A stretch of 64,000 nt of DNA, taken from Diadema antillarum (taxonomy: Eukaryota). The notes under the pieces are model-generated. The model made no database searches and was not told where the DNA came from. It saw only the letters and a program-made list of their open reading frames with translations. The position numbers and the translations under genes are program-made. Positions 49,501 through 62,261 of this stretch are shown here, in pieces. Location of the stretch: assembly GCF_040938485.1 (NCBI RefSeq), contig NW_027271870.1:868001-932000 (forward strand), read 5' to 3'. Numbering within the stretch: position 1 is the stretch's first letter; every line of letters begins with the position of its first letter.

Positions 49501-52500
49501 TGGGACTTACGTTGACCCCAATTCATTTTTCTGGAGAGGATGCAGCTCATAAACCTGTCCTAGGTATTCCCCTCTGGTACCACTACTGCTGTTATGATTC
49601 AAATACATTACAAAATAAGTGGGACGTATGCGTTTACTGGACTTTTTTTTTTTTGTCTGCCTCATGTTATGATGACTATGTCCTTTACTTAATTCCTATT
49701 TTGCGTGTTTCTGTTGCTTTGCTATTTGTAAGCTGGCTCGTACTGGCTATGACAGGTAGTTGCTTGCCATACCAAATATCCGTTTGTACTAATAGCCACC
49801 AATGGAGCGTGATGTCTATACCCACACCCTCCTTCTTTTTCCCAAGCGTGGAAATGAGTGAAAGTTATACCGTTCCTTTCACGTGATACATCGCGCCCAC
49901 TGGCGGGAGACGCACAGTAAACCGCGCAGCTTACTTTGGTTGGGATGGGGAGGGGGTGGTGTCCGAAACATTGCGAGTGATATCTTAATCGAGGAGACAT
50001 TATTTCCAAGTCCATTACCAGGAGTTTCCTCCTGTCCAAAGAAACATTAGATGCTGACATCTGTCAGTCATAATTTTGCTCCCTTCATACTTCATTGTCA
50101 GACATTATAAAAGAGCTATCCCTGGCGTTCGTCGTCTGCACGGCAATTCGTGATTTAATCTGCGATCTCCCGCTCGACGGTAACACTAATTTCCGTAACG
50201 TGAGAACGACCCACTCCTAATCACATCCTGGGCTGTGACTTGCTCACTTGGACCGGAATAACTTCATCATTGTTTGGGAAATTATCAGAACGGAGAGAAA
50301 AAAATGTAAAAAGCGCAACTTGCATTTTCAAAAACATTTAATAGGAGACTAGAAAGGATCAGATGTGACGGTTTGTCTTGGATAAGAACGTGCGAACAAT
50401 TTCTTATAAGCTGTCTTAAAGTTTCCCGAAGTTCCCCTAATATCTTTCTTGCTAGTTATTCTCCCTTTCCATAGAGGGGAGGTCACTTAGAGACCACAGA
50501 GTGCCCCAAATAAGTTAGTGAATCTCTTCGCGGTCTTTCAGTAAGCGTTCAATGAACTCAGAGGTCTGCAGCGATTCCTTCAATGTTCTTTCCGCTATGT
50601 ATGCTGTGGACGGTGGAAATGGTCTCCATCAGCTCAAATGAACAGATGAACTGGTTTTGAAACAGTCTCTCAGTGGTTCCAGAGGGAATCGGGTTTTCAA
50701 TGGACTTTCATCGACCACTCAACGAGCGCCCAATGGGCTCATCAGCCTTTCAGTCTGTCAACAAACGCAACTTTTTTTTTTGTCTTCGTTAATTTTCCAT
50801 TAAAACATGCAGATTGTTTCAAACGAGATCATTAAACAGTGTAAAACCTTGCTCTGAATGAAACATTGCCGAAATACAAATGAACGATCGGCGTGACTTT
50901 GGGGGTTTATTTCCTTTGAGTGAGTATTCAATCCCCGTGAATAATTGTTCAAGGATCACTAGAGCGCTTCTAAAAAGAAACCTCCTTTCCTTTTTTCTCC
51001 ACTTTTTTCTTTGTGGGGGGGGGGGGGGGGGGAGTAGTAATAGAGACTGCGAAGAGATGTTGCCGATTTGTACGGCAAGTACGTTGTTATGAAATACTGG
51101 AATATATTTGAAACCGACTCTCGCATGAAAATATGCAGCGAGTGGAATAGTAGTAAGATTTGACAACAGCAATTATATTCTTATATTTTAATACTCTTCA
51201 AACAGATTCTGTGCCCAGCGGCCCCGGACCAAACCATTACCACATAGCCGTCCGACACCGCCCCGATGGAAAGAAGGCACCGAGTTTTACCATGGCAGCA
51301 AGATGTGATCGCAAGGACAGTAAGTACAGCTCCACTATGCCTTAGATTTCGGCTCGTCATCCATTTCTTCTCCTTCTCNNNNNNNNNNNNNNNNNNNNNN
51401 NNNNNNNNNNNNNNNNNNNNNNNNNNNNNNNNNNNNNNNNNNNNNNNNNNNNNNNNNNNNNNNNNNNNNNNNNNNNNNNNNNNNNNNNNNNNNNNNNNNN
51501 NNNNNNNNNNNNNNNNNNNNNNNNNNNNNNNNNCCCACTTCCTTTACACATGATGCATCCCTTTCTCTCCTCTATCTCTCTTTCTTCACTCCCCTAGTCA
51601 TCTCTCCCTCTAAAGGGATGGTAAAGTTTTGGTTGAAATGGGACATAAGGTTTCCAACTTTTTGTGAGATAAGAAACCACTTATGAAATATTAAAGAGCG
51701 TACATTCTAAGAGGAATTCCAAGTTTGTGTAATGAAGATTTGTTTTGAAATGGATGAGATATCCAGGAACAAAGCTGTCCTGATAAAAGTGGAACCTACC
51801 TCTGATTAGGATCTCAGGCATTATACAAGACCGATTTTCATAAAATAAACATTGAATTCATCTTAGAATTGTATACTCTTTAGCATCTTAAAAGTGGTTT
51901 CTAATTATCTCGCAAAAAGTAAAAATCTGAATCTCCCCTCTCAACCAGAACTATACCATCTCTTTAAAGCCAATGCGGCATCTAAGGACTTTTTGCGACT
52001 CAAGTTCGATTCGAATTCTCGGTTGTTTCATGTAAGAACATATATATTTTTTCCCTTCATTGGTGAATGCTCCTGGCATCAAGATTAAAAAATATCCCAC
52101 ACTGCACATGACGGGAAGATATTTTGACGAAACGATGACGAAAACAATATAATGCGACATACAATTAAAATAACTTTTGCTAGGCGGTCATTTGACGAAA
52201 CCACAATTGCACCTCTTTTTCTGTTGTTGTTGTTGTTTTTTTTTTAACATTAGTGAATGAATAAACAAAGAATAGACAATCAAGTTGCTCAATTGTACAT
52301 CTAATCCGTGCGAAGAATTCGGGTCAGTTAAAACAATTCTAAAATACCAGGTACAAGTCCGATGACTTTGCATACATCGTGCACTGCGATAACTATTAAA
52401 AACAGTGATTTTCAGCTTGTTTCAGAGACACTGGCAGATAACGATGTGACCTAAATCATGATAATGGAATTGTTTATACCAACAACAGTTTGCTCACTAC

Positions 52501-55500
52501 TGCCCCGAAAAGTGTCTGGTTCTTATTCAAAATTTATGCAGTGTACTTTTCATATTTCATGATTAGCTCATAGTTTCTCCTGTAAAGAAAAAGTATCAAA
52601 ACAAACAGTTGTGTAGAATTAAAATCACATTTATAAAGATACACATTTGCACGACCTTATCCCCTTCCTCCATCCCACTGCACCTCCAAAATTCCGATTA
52701 TTTAATCATATCTTTAAAAGCACCTTGAAAAGTATATAAGCACCAGGCAGGCGTCATTCAGCCCTCTGAGACCATGAAAACATGAAAAAGATGACTGCGG
52801 TCGATCAAGAGCTGAGATATCACTGCCAAACCCATCTCTACGCGTTAAAGCTTGGGAACGATCTATATCCCTATGGATCCTCACGCGAACAGATGGATTG
52901 ATGTAGGTTTTACGTGCTGTCAAGATCTTGTACTTAATACTTCGCGCCTGATGAGAGTGAATGAACTTATGTGTGCAACAACTTTTAGCTGTTGCATTGC
53001 GAGTAGCATGTGTAGTGGGAATCGAACGAGCAATTAACTATACATCTAACCTTGTATTTCATTTTCGTCTGTTGTTCGTGTGGATTGGAACGTGTTTTTT
53101 TCATTCATGTATGTATGATCTGATATATTTTTCGCAGCAATGAGCAAATGCAATATAACAACTTAGGAAGAGATTCCTAAACTTTTTTTTTTGTTTCAGT
53201 TACGACATTGTACACACACCAAAAAAAAAAAAAACCACAACAACAAACAAACACACAACAAATAAACAGAAACGAAACAACAAAGACAAAACGACCGGAC
53301 TGCTTGCTTTATGCTGGGTCCCCACTGTCGTGCAATGCTCTATAACGCACGCCATGATTGACCATTACTACGTGTAGCTAATCGTGGATTTTTTTTATGT
53401 CTATCATAATTTGCGCCACGATTGAAATCATGGCCTGAATCGTGGAATAATCGTGGTAATCATATCTGATCTTGACGTCAGTCGTGGCAATTGTCGACAA
53501 TTAATGAACCGTCCAAAACTTTTTTACGATTATCGCAATTGCCACGACGGAACTCGAGATCTGATACATTGTACGATAAGATCATTGCAATCGCCACGAC
53601 TGGTCTCAAGTTCTAATATCATCAACATGATTACTCCATGATTCAAACCACGATTTCAATCGTAGCGTAGATTGTCATAAACATAGTCTACACAAATTCC
53701 AAGATCAACCAGTTATGGCCAGTCGTGGCGGATGGTAGAACAGGCGGGATTGCAACATAATACACGTCAGTACAACGAGTTGTAGAAATAATACAGACCA
53801 GAGAGTCACAACACGTGGTGTTGCGTGTTCGTATGAGGTAACACGGGTCATTCAATTCCTGAGAAGAGCTCTTTTTGTCAAGCCACTACTACAGATGTCT
53901 TGTGCAGTGTAACATTGAGCAGACGAGATGGACCACAAGGGATGCCCAGCGGTTTGAAGAGCTTGCGTGCTCCCTAAACTTCCCTCCCGTCTTTCCGGCG
54001 TGAAATACATGAAGTAGACGCTGATGTTCGTCATCAGTTCCGTTGCAGCCCCAGTCATCTCTTACTGTACAGACGACTGATTTGAAATTATTTTTAGGTT
54101 TCTCGAGAATTTAAACACAGAGAAGACCAACTATATTACAACGGCGATGAAAGATATCCCCGAAATACATTATATACTTTTATCTCTTTTCTTTTTGTCT
54201 CGCTAGTTTCCTCGATACAATGGCTTGATAAGTTAAATGTCTCGTGTGCATATGCCGCAGTATAGTGACCGCTAACTAATTACAGTAAACAGTCATGAAA
54301 GTGGTTGGGTCGATATACCACAAAAGTTCCCTTAACATTTACGGTGCTGTCTTATGATACGACAGTTATGTGTCTACGTTATTCTCCTATGAGCTCTAGT
54401 CTTGAATAAAAATTTGTAAAAATGGGTCGCTCTAATGTGAGTAACGGTAGTTGATCCTCCTCAAAGATTTGAGCACAGCCATCTATGACATATATTTAAT
54501 GACAAGGAGAAATCGATAAAGAAGAAGAACGGAAGAAGAAAAATCTGTTTCGGCCTTAACCTTGCAATCACCAATTGAAATAATTCAACATGAAAAGATT
54601 ATAATGATTGATAAAGTGTGTTTCGTCACCAAGCCCCAACAAGATCCGTCAAGTTAAATGACCAACTAAAGTCCCAGCAGAAATTCACGTGAGGAAATAG
54701 ATTATCAGTGAATTTTGTGTCGCTGTCAGTGACAGTACGGTTGTACCTGAGATGCATGCGGTTTTTTTTTCTTAATCACTATTATTCATCAATTCGTTTA
54801 TCATATCTACCGCAAATTTTTATCGAATGAAACGTTTATCTGCAATTTCCACTCCCCATGTCTGTTTCCATGCAAATACTTCAATCCCGTACTCATGAAA
54901 GATGAAGGCGCTGTAAAGGAATTGAAATCTTGTTGATTATTTAATATCAGAAAGAGTCCGTCCGTCTTACATGTCGCTACACTGAAAAAAAAAAGTATTA
55001 TCTGGTCATATCTTTGATTACAGGTGCTGGGTCCTGTTTCATAAAGCTGTTCATAAAGTTACGAGCAACTTACGAGCGACTGGTGATCAGTTCTGATGTG
55101 CTGTACTTATCAGAATTTCCATAATTTAGCACAAGAACCGATCACCAGTCGCTCGTAAGTCGTTCGTAACTTTACGAACAGCTTTATGAAACACCCCCTG
55201 GTATATCTTGTCAACTTATAATATATTTTGTCTCTCAGAATTTTTGGTTTTTTTTTTATTTGAATACACACCAACAAACACAGACTTACATGCAAACAAA
55301 CAGAAAACACACACACAAACACACGCAAACACACTATAAAGCAAGCAAGCAAGCAAGCAAACAAACAAACAAAAAACGACAAACTGTCGAGAATCTGATC
55401 GTCGTTAGAACTGCATTTCTGTCAGACATTGTAACTGGAACTTTCTCCGTATCCTCTGGAATTTTGTATCATGTGTGTAGAGCATCATGACAAAGCTATC

Positions 55501-57131
55501 ACTTCGGTACATCACGTTGGTCAGTCAAGCCTTAGTAGATACAAAGTTCAATTTGCTGGTTTTCCTCTTTCTTTCTTTCTTTTTTAAATGAAAAGACAAT
55601 GTCTTCATGCTAGCCAATGATCATAGCGTCATAGGGTTGGGGAGAATGAGAACCTCGATCGGTCGCGTCGCGTTGCGTCTCGTCGCAACTCTTCTTGTCC
55701 TTTCGTTGGAGCAACAAATTCCTATGGAACCTTGCGGGTTGGAAGATAATGAGTATCCTTATAAAGAGTAATCATCGTCATCACCATTATTAGCAACTCC
55801 GACTTAAAAACAAACAAGCAAACAAACAGACAAAACAAACAAACATACCGGAAATAGAAAAGCAAGTGGCTTTATGAAGTAGGGGGGAAAGGAGAAACTG
55901 ATAAAACAAAGGAGCAGATCACCCTGTATATGTCTAAATGTAAAGATTCAGATATTCGATGCGAATTACCTATTGAACTTTTCCCCCGTACTGAATACCC
56001 GAGAAATAGTTCATGGGATTTTGTGCATTTGCCTATCCACGAACGTTATTCTTTTGGAACAATTAGAAGCACGTCCCATACATAAACATGTCATCTCGCC
56101 TGATCAATACGATTGCCTGGTAAATGCTTCACGAATACTCGCACAAAAGGTAGTAACAGTCACATACAAAACAGACTGCTCTACATTGAGGCTTGCTAAT
56201 CAGCTCTTTTAACCGGTCTCGTGGTCTCATTCGAATTCCTAGGTTCTTTCCCCTCAAAAGATGAGTAAACTAGTTTTCTCGACATTTGCGCGAGCCGAAC
56301 ATACACATGTATTGTCTTGACAAAAGGTTAGTCTGTAGTCCTGGGGCGCTAGTAAGCTGTCGTATTTTATTTGTGCAACGCGCCAGAACATCCCTGGACC
56401 CTTGGTCGCATTGGTATTGATGGGCTGAAAACCTTCCAAATAGATAATTTTCCCTCGCTCTCCTTCTCCCCCTCTTCCCCTTCTGACCACCTCTCTTATA
56501 CCCCCTTCTCTCTCGCTTCGCCCTTCCAGATTTTTGTCTTGGTTTGTTTTATTCTGTTTATTTGTTTGTTTGTCTGTTTGTTTGTCTGTTTGTTTTTTAC
56601 TAGTCTTTGAAACACATTCAGGCCTTGCTTTTATTGCTTACGAATGCTTATTGCGCTTTGGTTACGTTCAAAGGCTGACGATTGCAGGCGACGCGACTTA
56701 ATTTTCAACTCAGTAGTCCAAGAGGGCACCATGACCTGAAATAAATGGTTATCGGGGCAACGTATTATCTTTAGTGATTGTATCGTGCATATTACACTTT
56801 GCTAACTTTGTCCTTCCAGATGACAATATGTTGACCCGCGCGAGAATGCATGTATGTATGTTCTATTTTTTTCTTCTCTTTCCTTTCAAATCAAATCATG
56901 ATATTTCACGAAGAATATTTTGATAACTGTCATGTAATCAAACCAAGAATGAAGCAGAATCAAATGCTTTTATCGATGTAATATTTGTACGTCAGGAAAT
57001 GAACTACTTCTGCTTGATTTGTTATTTTCTAGAACGCATTGATAATCCGGCTCCCACCGCTTACACGCCAAAGACCGACACAAACGAAGGGCCAAAATAT
57101 AGCATGACGTCTAGACCAAAAGTGAAGAAGA
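35883..57131 (+). CDS. SHIPPO-1/STPG PG-rich repeat protein (ODF3/CIMAP-like axonemal protein), 3' end unresolved; exons 35883-36006, 37325-37393, 38617-38718, 39066-39179, 39919-40032 or 40068, 40709-40897, 41467-41562, 44097-44201, 45164-45271, 47743-47847, 51206-51319, 57033-57131
   Basis: All introns are GT-AG and phase 1, and all internal exons are multiples of 3. Eleven repeats of the P-[GSA]-P-x2-Y...[FY]-[ST]-x3-R type (PGPADY x2, IGPAQY, PGPNAY, PGPAAY, PSPFAY, PSPNSY, GPSSTHY, PGPGTY, PGPNHY, PAPTAY). No stop is reached at 57131. The first exon (MQTIKESV...) is less certain, and an alternative strong-context ATG lies at 37345 (GCCATGG). Confidence 0.88.
38018..38108. mobile_element. 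Mini-MITE (~90 bp), piggyBac-like ends
   Basis: AAACCCGTTGAGGACG / CGTCCTCAACGGGTTT 16-bp perfect inversion; internal palindrome CCCGAGTATACTCGGG. Confidence 0.7.
39205..39555. repeat. Cryptic (CAT/CCT/CTT)n low-complexity tract
   Basis: Pyrimidine-rich trinucleotide mosaic inside an STPG intron. Confidence 0.9.
41040..41280. repeat. Degenerate (AAT/GAT)n tract
   Basis: taatgacgataatgag/gatgatatgaat mosaic. Confidence 0.8.
48028..48168. mobile_element. Degenerate short MITE related to 55027-55201
   Basis: CAGGGGGCGTTTCATCAAA vs TTTCATGAAACGGTCCCCAG. Confidence 0.5.
53315..53730. mobile_element. Degenerate palindromic MITE rich in CCACGAT/ATCGTGG
   Basis: Inverted segments CCACGATTGAAATCATGG (~53416) and CCACGATTTCAATCGTAGCG (~53648); ends unclear. 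Confidence 0.45.
55027..55201. mobile_element. Foldback MITE (~175 bp)
   Basis: TGTTTCATAAAGCTGTTCATAAAGTTACGAGCAACTTACGAGCGACTGGTGATC is nearly perfectly inverted at 55139-55195. Confidence 0.85.
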
Positions 57132-57516
57132 GTAAGTTTCATGTCCGTCGTAAATGTATCCCAGAATTATTGTTGCCATTGTCGTGATCATTACTATTGC
57201 TATTATTATAAATGCTATGATTTGTCAGTATTTCTATCATTATTACTATCATTATCAATGTTATATTAGGTACAACTCCTACTACCACTACTAGGCCAAA
57301 CAAAACCTAAAGAAAGTAATGGAATTTAAGAGTTCCATATGTTTCCGCGTTGCAATAATACATTAAGTAGCGTAAACACATTATGCAAATCATATAAGTT
57401 GATGACATAATGGCCTTGCTTGTCTCTTATTAACAGATACACAAATCTTTACTCAAATCCCCTTTTGCTTTTTACATGAAATCTAATCGAAAATCGTGTA
57501 TTCTTCGCGTCATTCA

Positions 57517-57553
<37 letters not shown>

Positions 57554-58262
57554 GCGTTGTGTGCGAGTGTATGTATGTGTGTATGTGCGTGTGTCTGATG
57601 GTTTTAATGCAGCCTACTATTAATGACTCCAAGAGGGAAAGAGTTGTCGTATGCGAAAACAATCGACCAAAGTATGATCCTTTTGATGTTTTGTTCAAAC
57701 TTCGGCGAAATGATTGTAAGCAGATGAAACCATCGCTTCATGTAGTTCATAATCATTGTGATTATGATATGTAATTACAACCAATATCACTACTCGGTGA
57801 AAAGGCATGCAGAACTCAACAAACTCATCTCAATCGCATACACTGCACTTAACCTGTATTCAGTATAACGCACAGATTTGTTCATGATACAAAACATGGC
57901 ATTCGTTAATGGTCAAAGAACTAGTTATAACAAAATGTCGTATGGAGAAAGGAATTGATTTTTATTTGTCAGCATGAGAGCGCAAAAGTTAAGTGAGGTC
58001 GAGCTGAGCTTGATTACCTCGATGGCCACTTTCAAAAATTACTTTAAAAAAAAGGAACCAAAATGATATATACCGAGAAGTTACGGTTGTCATGTTCTTG
58101 CATTCATATTTCATATTATTTGGTAATGGTCAGTGCATTCACGCAAACACTCTATTCTCAGTTTGCACTTCGCCACTAATGTCTTGAATGTGTGGTAAGA
58201 TCATCTATTTAAGTGTGATACACATCCATATAGTTGATGAATACATCAGCTGCTTTACGGGA

Positions 58263-59741
58263 TTAAGCTCTCATCATTTCCTTATGCGATTTGTAACCGA
58301 GTATTTTTATCACATCCATGCATTTGCTTTCCACTTGGCGGATCTCGGTCTCGCTGAGATCTTTCAGCCAACGCCTAGCAACCGATTTCAAGGTCCTCGT
58401 GCTAGAAGCACCTTGCGCTTTGCTATCGCCAGTGCTGCTACCCAGCGTATTGTTAGTAACCCACTGTTTGGTCCGCTCGAGGAGACTCAATCCTACAAAC
58501 TTGTAGAGGTCTTTCGTCACTCCAAGAGGGTTGTCCGCAAAATCCTCAAACCGAAGGAGATGGTAGTGGCCCTTGAGCCAGTCGGGCATCGCGCGCGGTA
58601 ACATGACATTTTCCCGCAGCCACCGGCAAAGATTCACTACAGAGTCGCGATTCTTGGGCTCAGTTGAGAGCAAGTTGAGCGGCACAAGTCGCCCTTCTTT
58701 GGAAAAATTGATGTGCGCCTGCTGCACCTTGTTGACCAGGTACAGGTAGTTGATCCTGGATGAGATTGCTGCCCTGGGATCGCGCACCAGATGGATCACC
58801 TTCACGTTGACTCTGTCCTCAGTGATCAGTGGTCGGATCATTTCCAGGTTTGCCCGGATCAACTTGGCCGCAAGTCGCCCTTCATACTCCGAGCACGTTT
58901 CGTGGAACCACGTGTCGCTTGGAATCATGCACCCGAACGACTCGGTCCTTTCACACAGAACACGATTTCGAGATCTCCCGCCCCATTCGTTGAAGATGGT
59001 CACCGGGTCCATGAAGGTGTCGCTGAAGTTGCACTGCGCGAAATCCCGCAGGAGCTTCGTCGAGTAGTAGTGGGTTTCACGAGAACAGGGCCCGGGGATG
59101 CGCCACAAATTCACCATCCTTTCCACCACCCACAGCGGCTCAAAGAGGAAGAAGATCCGCGGGTTCTGGTTAAAGATCTCGCTGAGGATCCCAGCTCCAA
59201 AACGCCATTGGGACAAAATGATGATGAATACCGGGGGAGGTGCTACATGTATATGCGATTTCTTTCCTTGTTCATAAGTTTTCCCCCCATTGACAACATT
59301 AGATCTCTGCGTAGTTTTCGTGATAGTCCTGTGTTCAGTAGCGTCGTACCCGATGTTTGTCACTGAGTCTTTCCAGTTGTTGGCTGCAGTGAAATTGTCC
59401 GAAGTGAACTTTGAAACACCAGTACCCGTCTTCTTCTCCACTTTATGTTCACTTCCGTTGCGTCCCTGCCAGCCATTACTGTCTTCACCGTCTACCTTCT
59501 CGTGCGTGCGATTGGCAAGAACCGTAGCTCCCTTCTCGACACCGCGTACCCGTGCATCTGCCTTATTTACCACCTTGTCGACGAGATGCCTTTCGTCTCG
59601 GTTCCCGTTCTGTCGGTCGAACCGGACGTTCTTCACGACACTGAGTTCTGAAAAGAAGTAAAGAGTCCCAAACGTCGCCAATGTAGCCAGAGCGTACATG
59701 GATCGCCTGGAAAGGAATAGTCGCTTGATTTTGGCCAGCAT
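58263..59741 (-). CDS. Carbohydrate sulfotransferase, CHST1/3-7 (Gal/GlcNAc-6-O-sulfotransferase) family, 492 aa, type II membrane protein, intronless CDS
   Basis: Short basic N-tail, TM segment and stem. ILSQWR...EIFNQNPRIFFLFEPLW (5'-PSB region), KVIHLVRDPRAAISSR (3'-PB), YHLLRFEDF...P and C-terminal W...VESKC...LGY. AATAAA on the minus strand at 57966-57961. Confidence 0.95.
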   Translation of the reverse strand: MLAKIKRLFLSRRSMYALATLATFGTLYFFSELSVVKNVRFDRQNGNRDERHLVDKVVNKADARVRGVEKGATVLANRTHEKVDGEDSNGWQGRNGSEHKVEKKTGTGVSKFTSDNFTAANNWKDSVTNIGYDATEHRTITKTTQRSNVVNGGKTYEQGKKSHIHVAPPPVFIIILSQWRFGAGILSEIFNQNPRIFFLFEPLWVVERMVNLWRIPGPCSRETHYYSTKLLRDFAQCNFSDTFMDPVTIFNEWGGRSRNRVLCERTESFGCMIPSDTWFHETCSEYEGRLAAKLIRANLEMIRPLITEDRVNVKVIHLVRDPRAAISSRINYLYLVNKVQQAHINFSKEGRLVPLNLLSTEPKNRDSVVNLCRWLRENVMLPRAMPDWLKGHYHLLRFEDFADNPLGVTKDLYKFVGLSLLERTKQWVTNNTLGSSTGDSKAQGASSTRTLKSVARRWLKDLSETEIRQVESKCMDVIKILGYKSHKEMMRA

Positions 59742-61221
59742 CCTTATCCACGCGGCGACGCACCCGCCGCATTTCTCGCAGTCACCACCGATAGTTCAGC
59801 TCCAACGGTTTGTGTGCACATTTATGAAAAATCATCTCAGCGGGTGCACGCCTTTCATCAGGCATGTTCTGCTTGTTTTGTCGCAAGAGAGATGTCGTTC
59901 AGATGTCATGACGAGTTGTTACCTGGGGAAATGTTCGCACACCGTCTACTCTCTTCGGTATTCCCTCCGTAATGTGCTTCCTCTCTCGTTATTGAACGGG
60001 TCAATAGCACGCATGCCAACTGGATTTTCACCCATGTATTCATTCTTGAGCAAACTATGCGAGTGCTCTAAAGTACTATGGAGCCGGAGAGAATTCTTTG
60101 TGACAACGAAGCCCTTTATGTGTACAGACTCGTCCCTGTAAATAACTTTCGTTTGTCTTCGCAAGAGCGACGAATAATTGCAAGCTCAGGGCAGTGGACA
60201 CTGCGAGTGGACCAAATCCAAAGAATAATGGAGCGCTGAATTTATGAATGGCAAGGACGATTGGCTCCCTATACCGGCCTAATGTGAGGAGACGGGGTAG
60301 CAATCTGTGTGTTAATTGACCCAATTCATCAGCGGCTCGTAGTCATGAGTACATATTGCTATACATACAAAGAAGAGACAAAGACTGGAGTGATTCGATA
60401 TTGACCTATATCTTCTTGACCTGTACACATATTGTCGAGAAACATGTAGATGAATTAGCAGCTTATTGTTGGTGACTCTCTTCCTCCCTCTCTTTTTCTA
60501 TCTTTATCTACTCCTTTTTTTTCTCTATCCCCCCCCCCCTCTCTCTCTCTCTTTCAATACTTCTTGCTTTGTATCACGAATCAGAGCCAACATCACCCCG
60601 TCAAACGGGCTGGTCCCTGGTTATGAGCTGAATATATAGGAACCATTTTAAAATGTTGAATAAGTCCTCGTTATTTATGCAAAGTGCGCACTACACACTG
60701 AAAACGATGTTTACTGCTTGGTGCTGGCAAGACAATCATTCACTGAGCTTCACCAATCGTGTGAAATCACGTAGCTATGTAACAGGACCATGATAAACCT
60801 CGAAACTGTCTTCTTCTTCTTCTTTTTGAAGGGAATTACAAGTTGTCATATCAAACGTAACAAACTTGCTCTACTTTTACTGAAGACCAGAATTAGATAA
60901 TGTACATTCTTTTCTCCCTGATAGGAAATTTAAATCGAACAATTATCTTCTAGTACTACAAGGATGTAGCGCAAAATTGACCATTGAATGTCGTATTACA
61001 CACACCTACACAAGGAGTAGGAAGTATAGCTGCGGTTTATCTAATTCGTCGAGGGACAATTATAAACGAGTTTAGAATAACAAAGACCACTCTTGGCTTG
61101 TGGAAGACCTCTTTTGGAATATTCCGGTAATTTACTTCCAATTAAAGTAAGCTCATTCATGGCTCTGGTGAGTTGACGCTTAAGTTACTGAACGATCGAG
61201 TGACTCGATTAACGTGATGTT

Positions 61222-61270
<49 letters not shown>

Positions 61271-61967
61271 AACTATTCTTTTATTGCGATCATTTATCTA
61301 ATATATTACCCTAATATCACACATGCATACGCACACATGCATACGCAAACATATATTATGAAGGAAAGTTATTTTTAAATATCATATATAAAATGAATGA
61401 GGGAAAGTTCGAAGTTATGTATAACAGGCATAGATAAGAGAGGGACAAGCTTTCTTTTAGTATATTTGTTAATAAAAAAAATGACACGTTTCTCTAGCAG
61501 TGACTTAATGGAAGCACTTGCTTCTGCGATGTGTTTGTGTTAGGATGTTTATGTATCTTTGTTTATGTCTTCTTCTTCCGCCTCTTTTTATCAAAGTTTG
61601 CTACAAAAAAAAAACTGTCCCCATGTATTTTACCTGGAGAAGGGATGAGCATTACTGTGCAACGATCAATGATATACGATAGAGAAAGAGAGAAAACGTT
61701 AATCTTGAAGAGAAATTAACCAAAATTGAGCAAAGGAAATATATCGGTCTCACGACGGATGTCGAGGCTTTTTCGACATAAGACATGAGAATTTTAATGC
61801 CAAATTTTAATCCAAGTTCAGCCTAATCCGTTTGTCATACTTGTTTATTTATCAAATTGCGTATACTTGCTTAACGTTGTTCAGGATGAAGGAAACACCC
61901 CCCCCCCCCCAAAAAAAAAAAAAAAAAAAAAAAAAGAGAGATAGAAAAAAAACACGACGTTTTGTTA

Positions 61968-62261
61968 CTCTCTGAAAAAAAAAAAAATCGAGTGAAAATA
62001 TTCACTCTTGAAGGAGTGAATACAAAAAAGAGTGAAATTAGAATGAAATTGGAGTGAATTTTGAGTGAAAATGTTCGTTTTCACTCGTTTTAGAGTGACC
62101 TCAGGATCACTTCCAAATCTTCGGGTGATCCCTGATGTCACTCCAAAATGAATGAAAATGAACATTTTCACTCAAAATTCACTCCAATATCACTCCAAAT
62201 TCACTCTTTTTTGTATTCACTCTTTCAAGAGTGAATATTTTCACTCTATTTTTTTAGAGAG
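61968..62261. mobile_element. EnSpm/CACTA-like foldback MITE, 294 bp, TA flanks
   Basis: CTCTCTGAAAAA / TTTTTAGAGAG termini, TA at 61966-67 and 62262-63, and ~140-bp inverted arms rich in GAGTGAA/TTCACTC. Confidence 0.85.

Noticed and set aside
855-51551. ORFs spanning N-runs (855, 2777, 3557, 8309, 27833, 35115, 51266 and others)
   Set aside because: They are open only because Ns hide stop codons. The runs are 130-190 nt, often next to microsatellites, and look like masking, so their content cannot be assessed.
58188-60324. ORFs overlapping or flanking the sulfotransferase (58188, 58750, 58791, 59290, 59698, 59946, 60076)
   Set aside because: They are antisense or alternative-frame shadows or 5' flank ORFs with no recognisable motifs.
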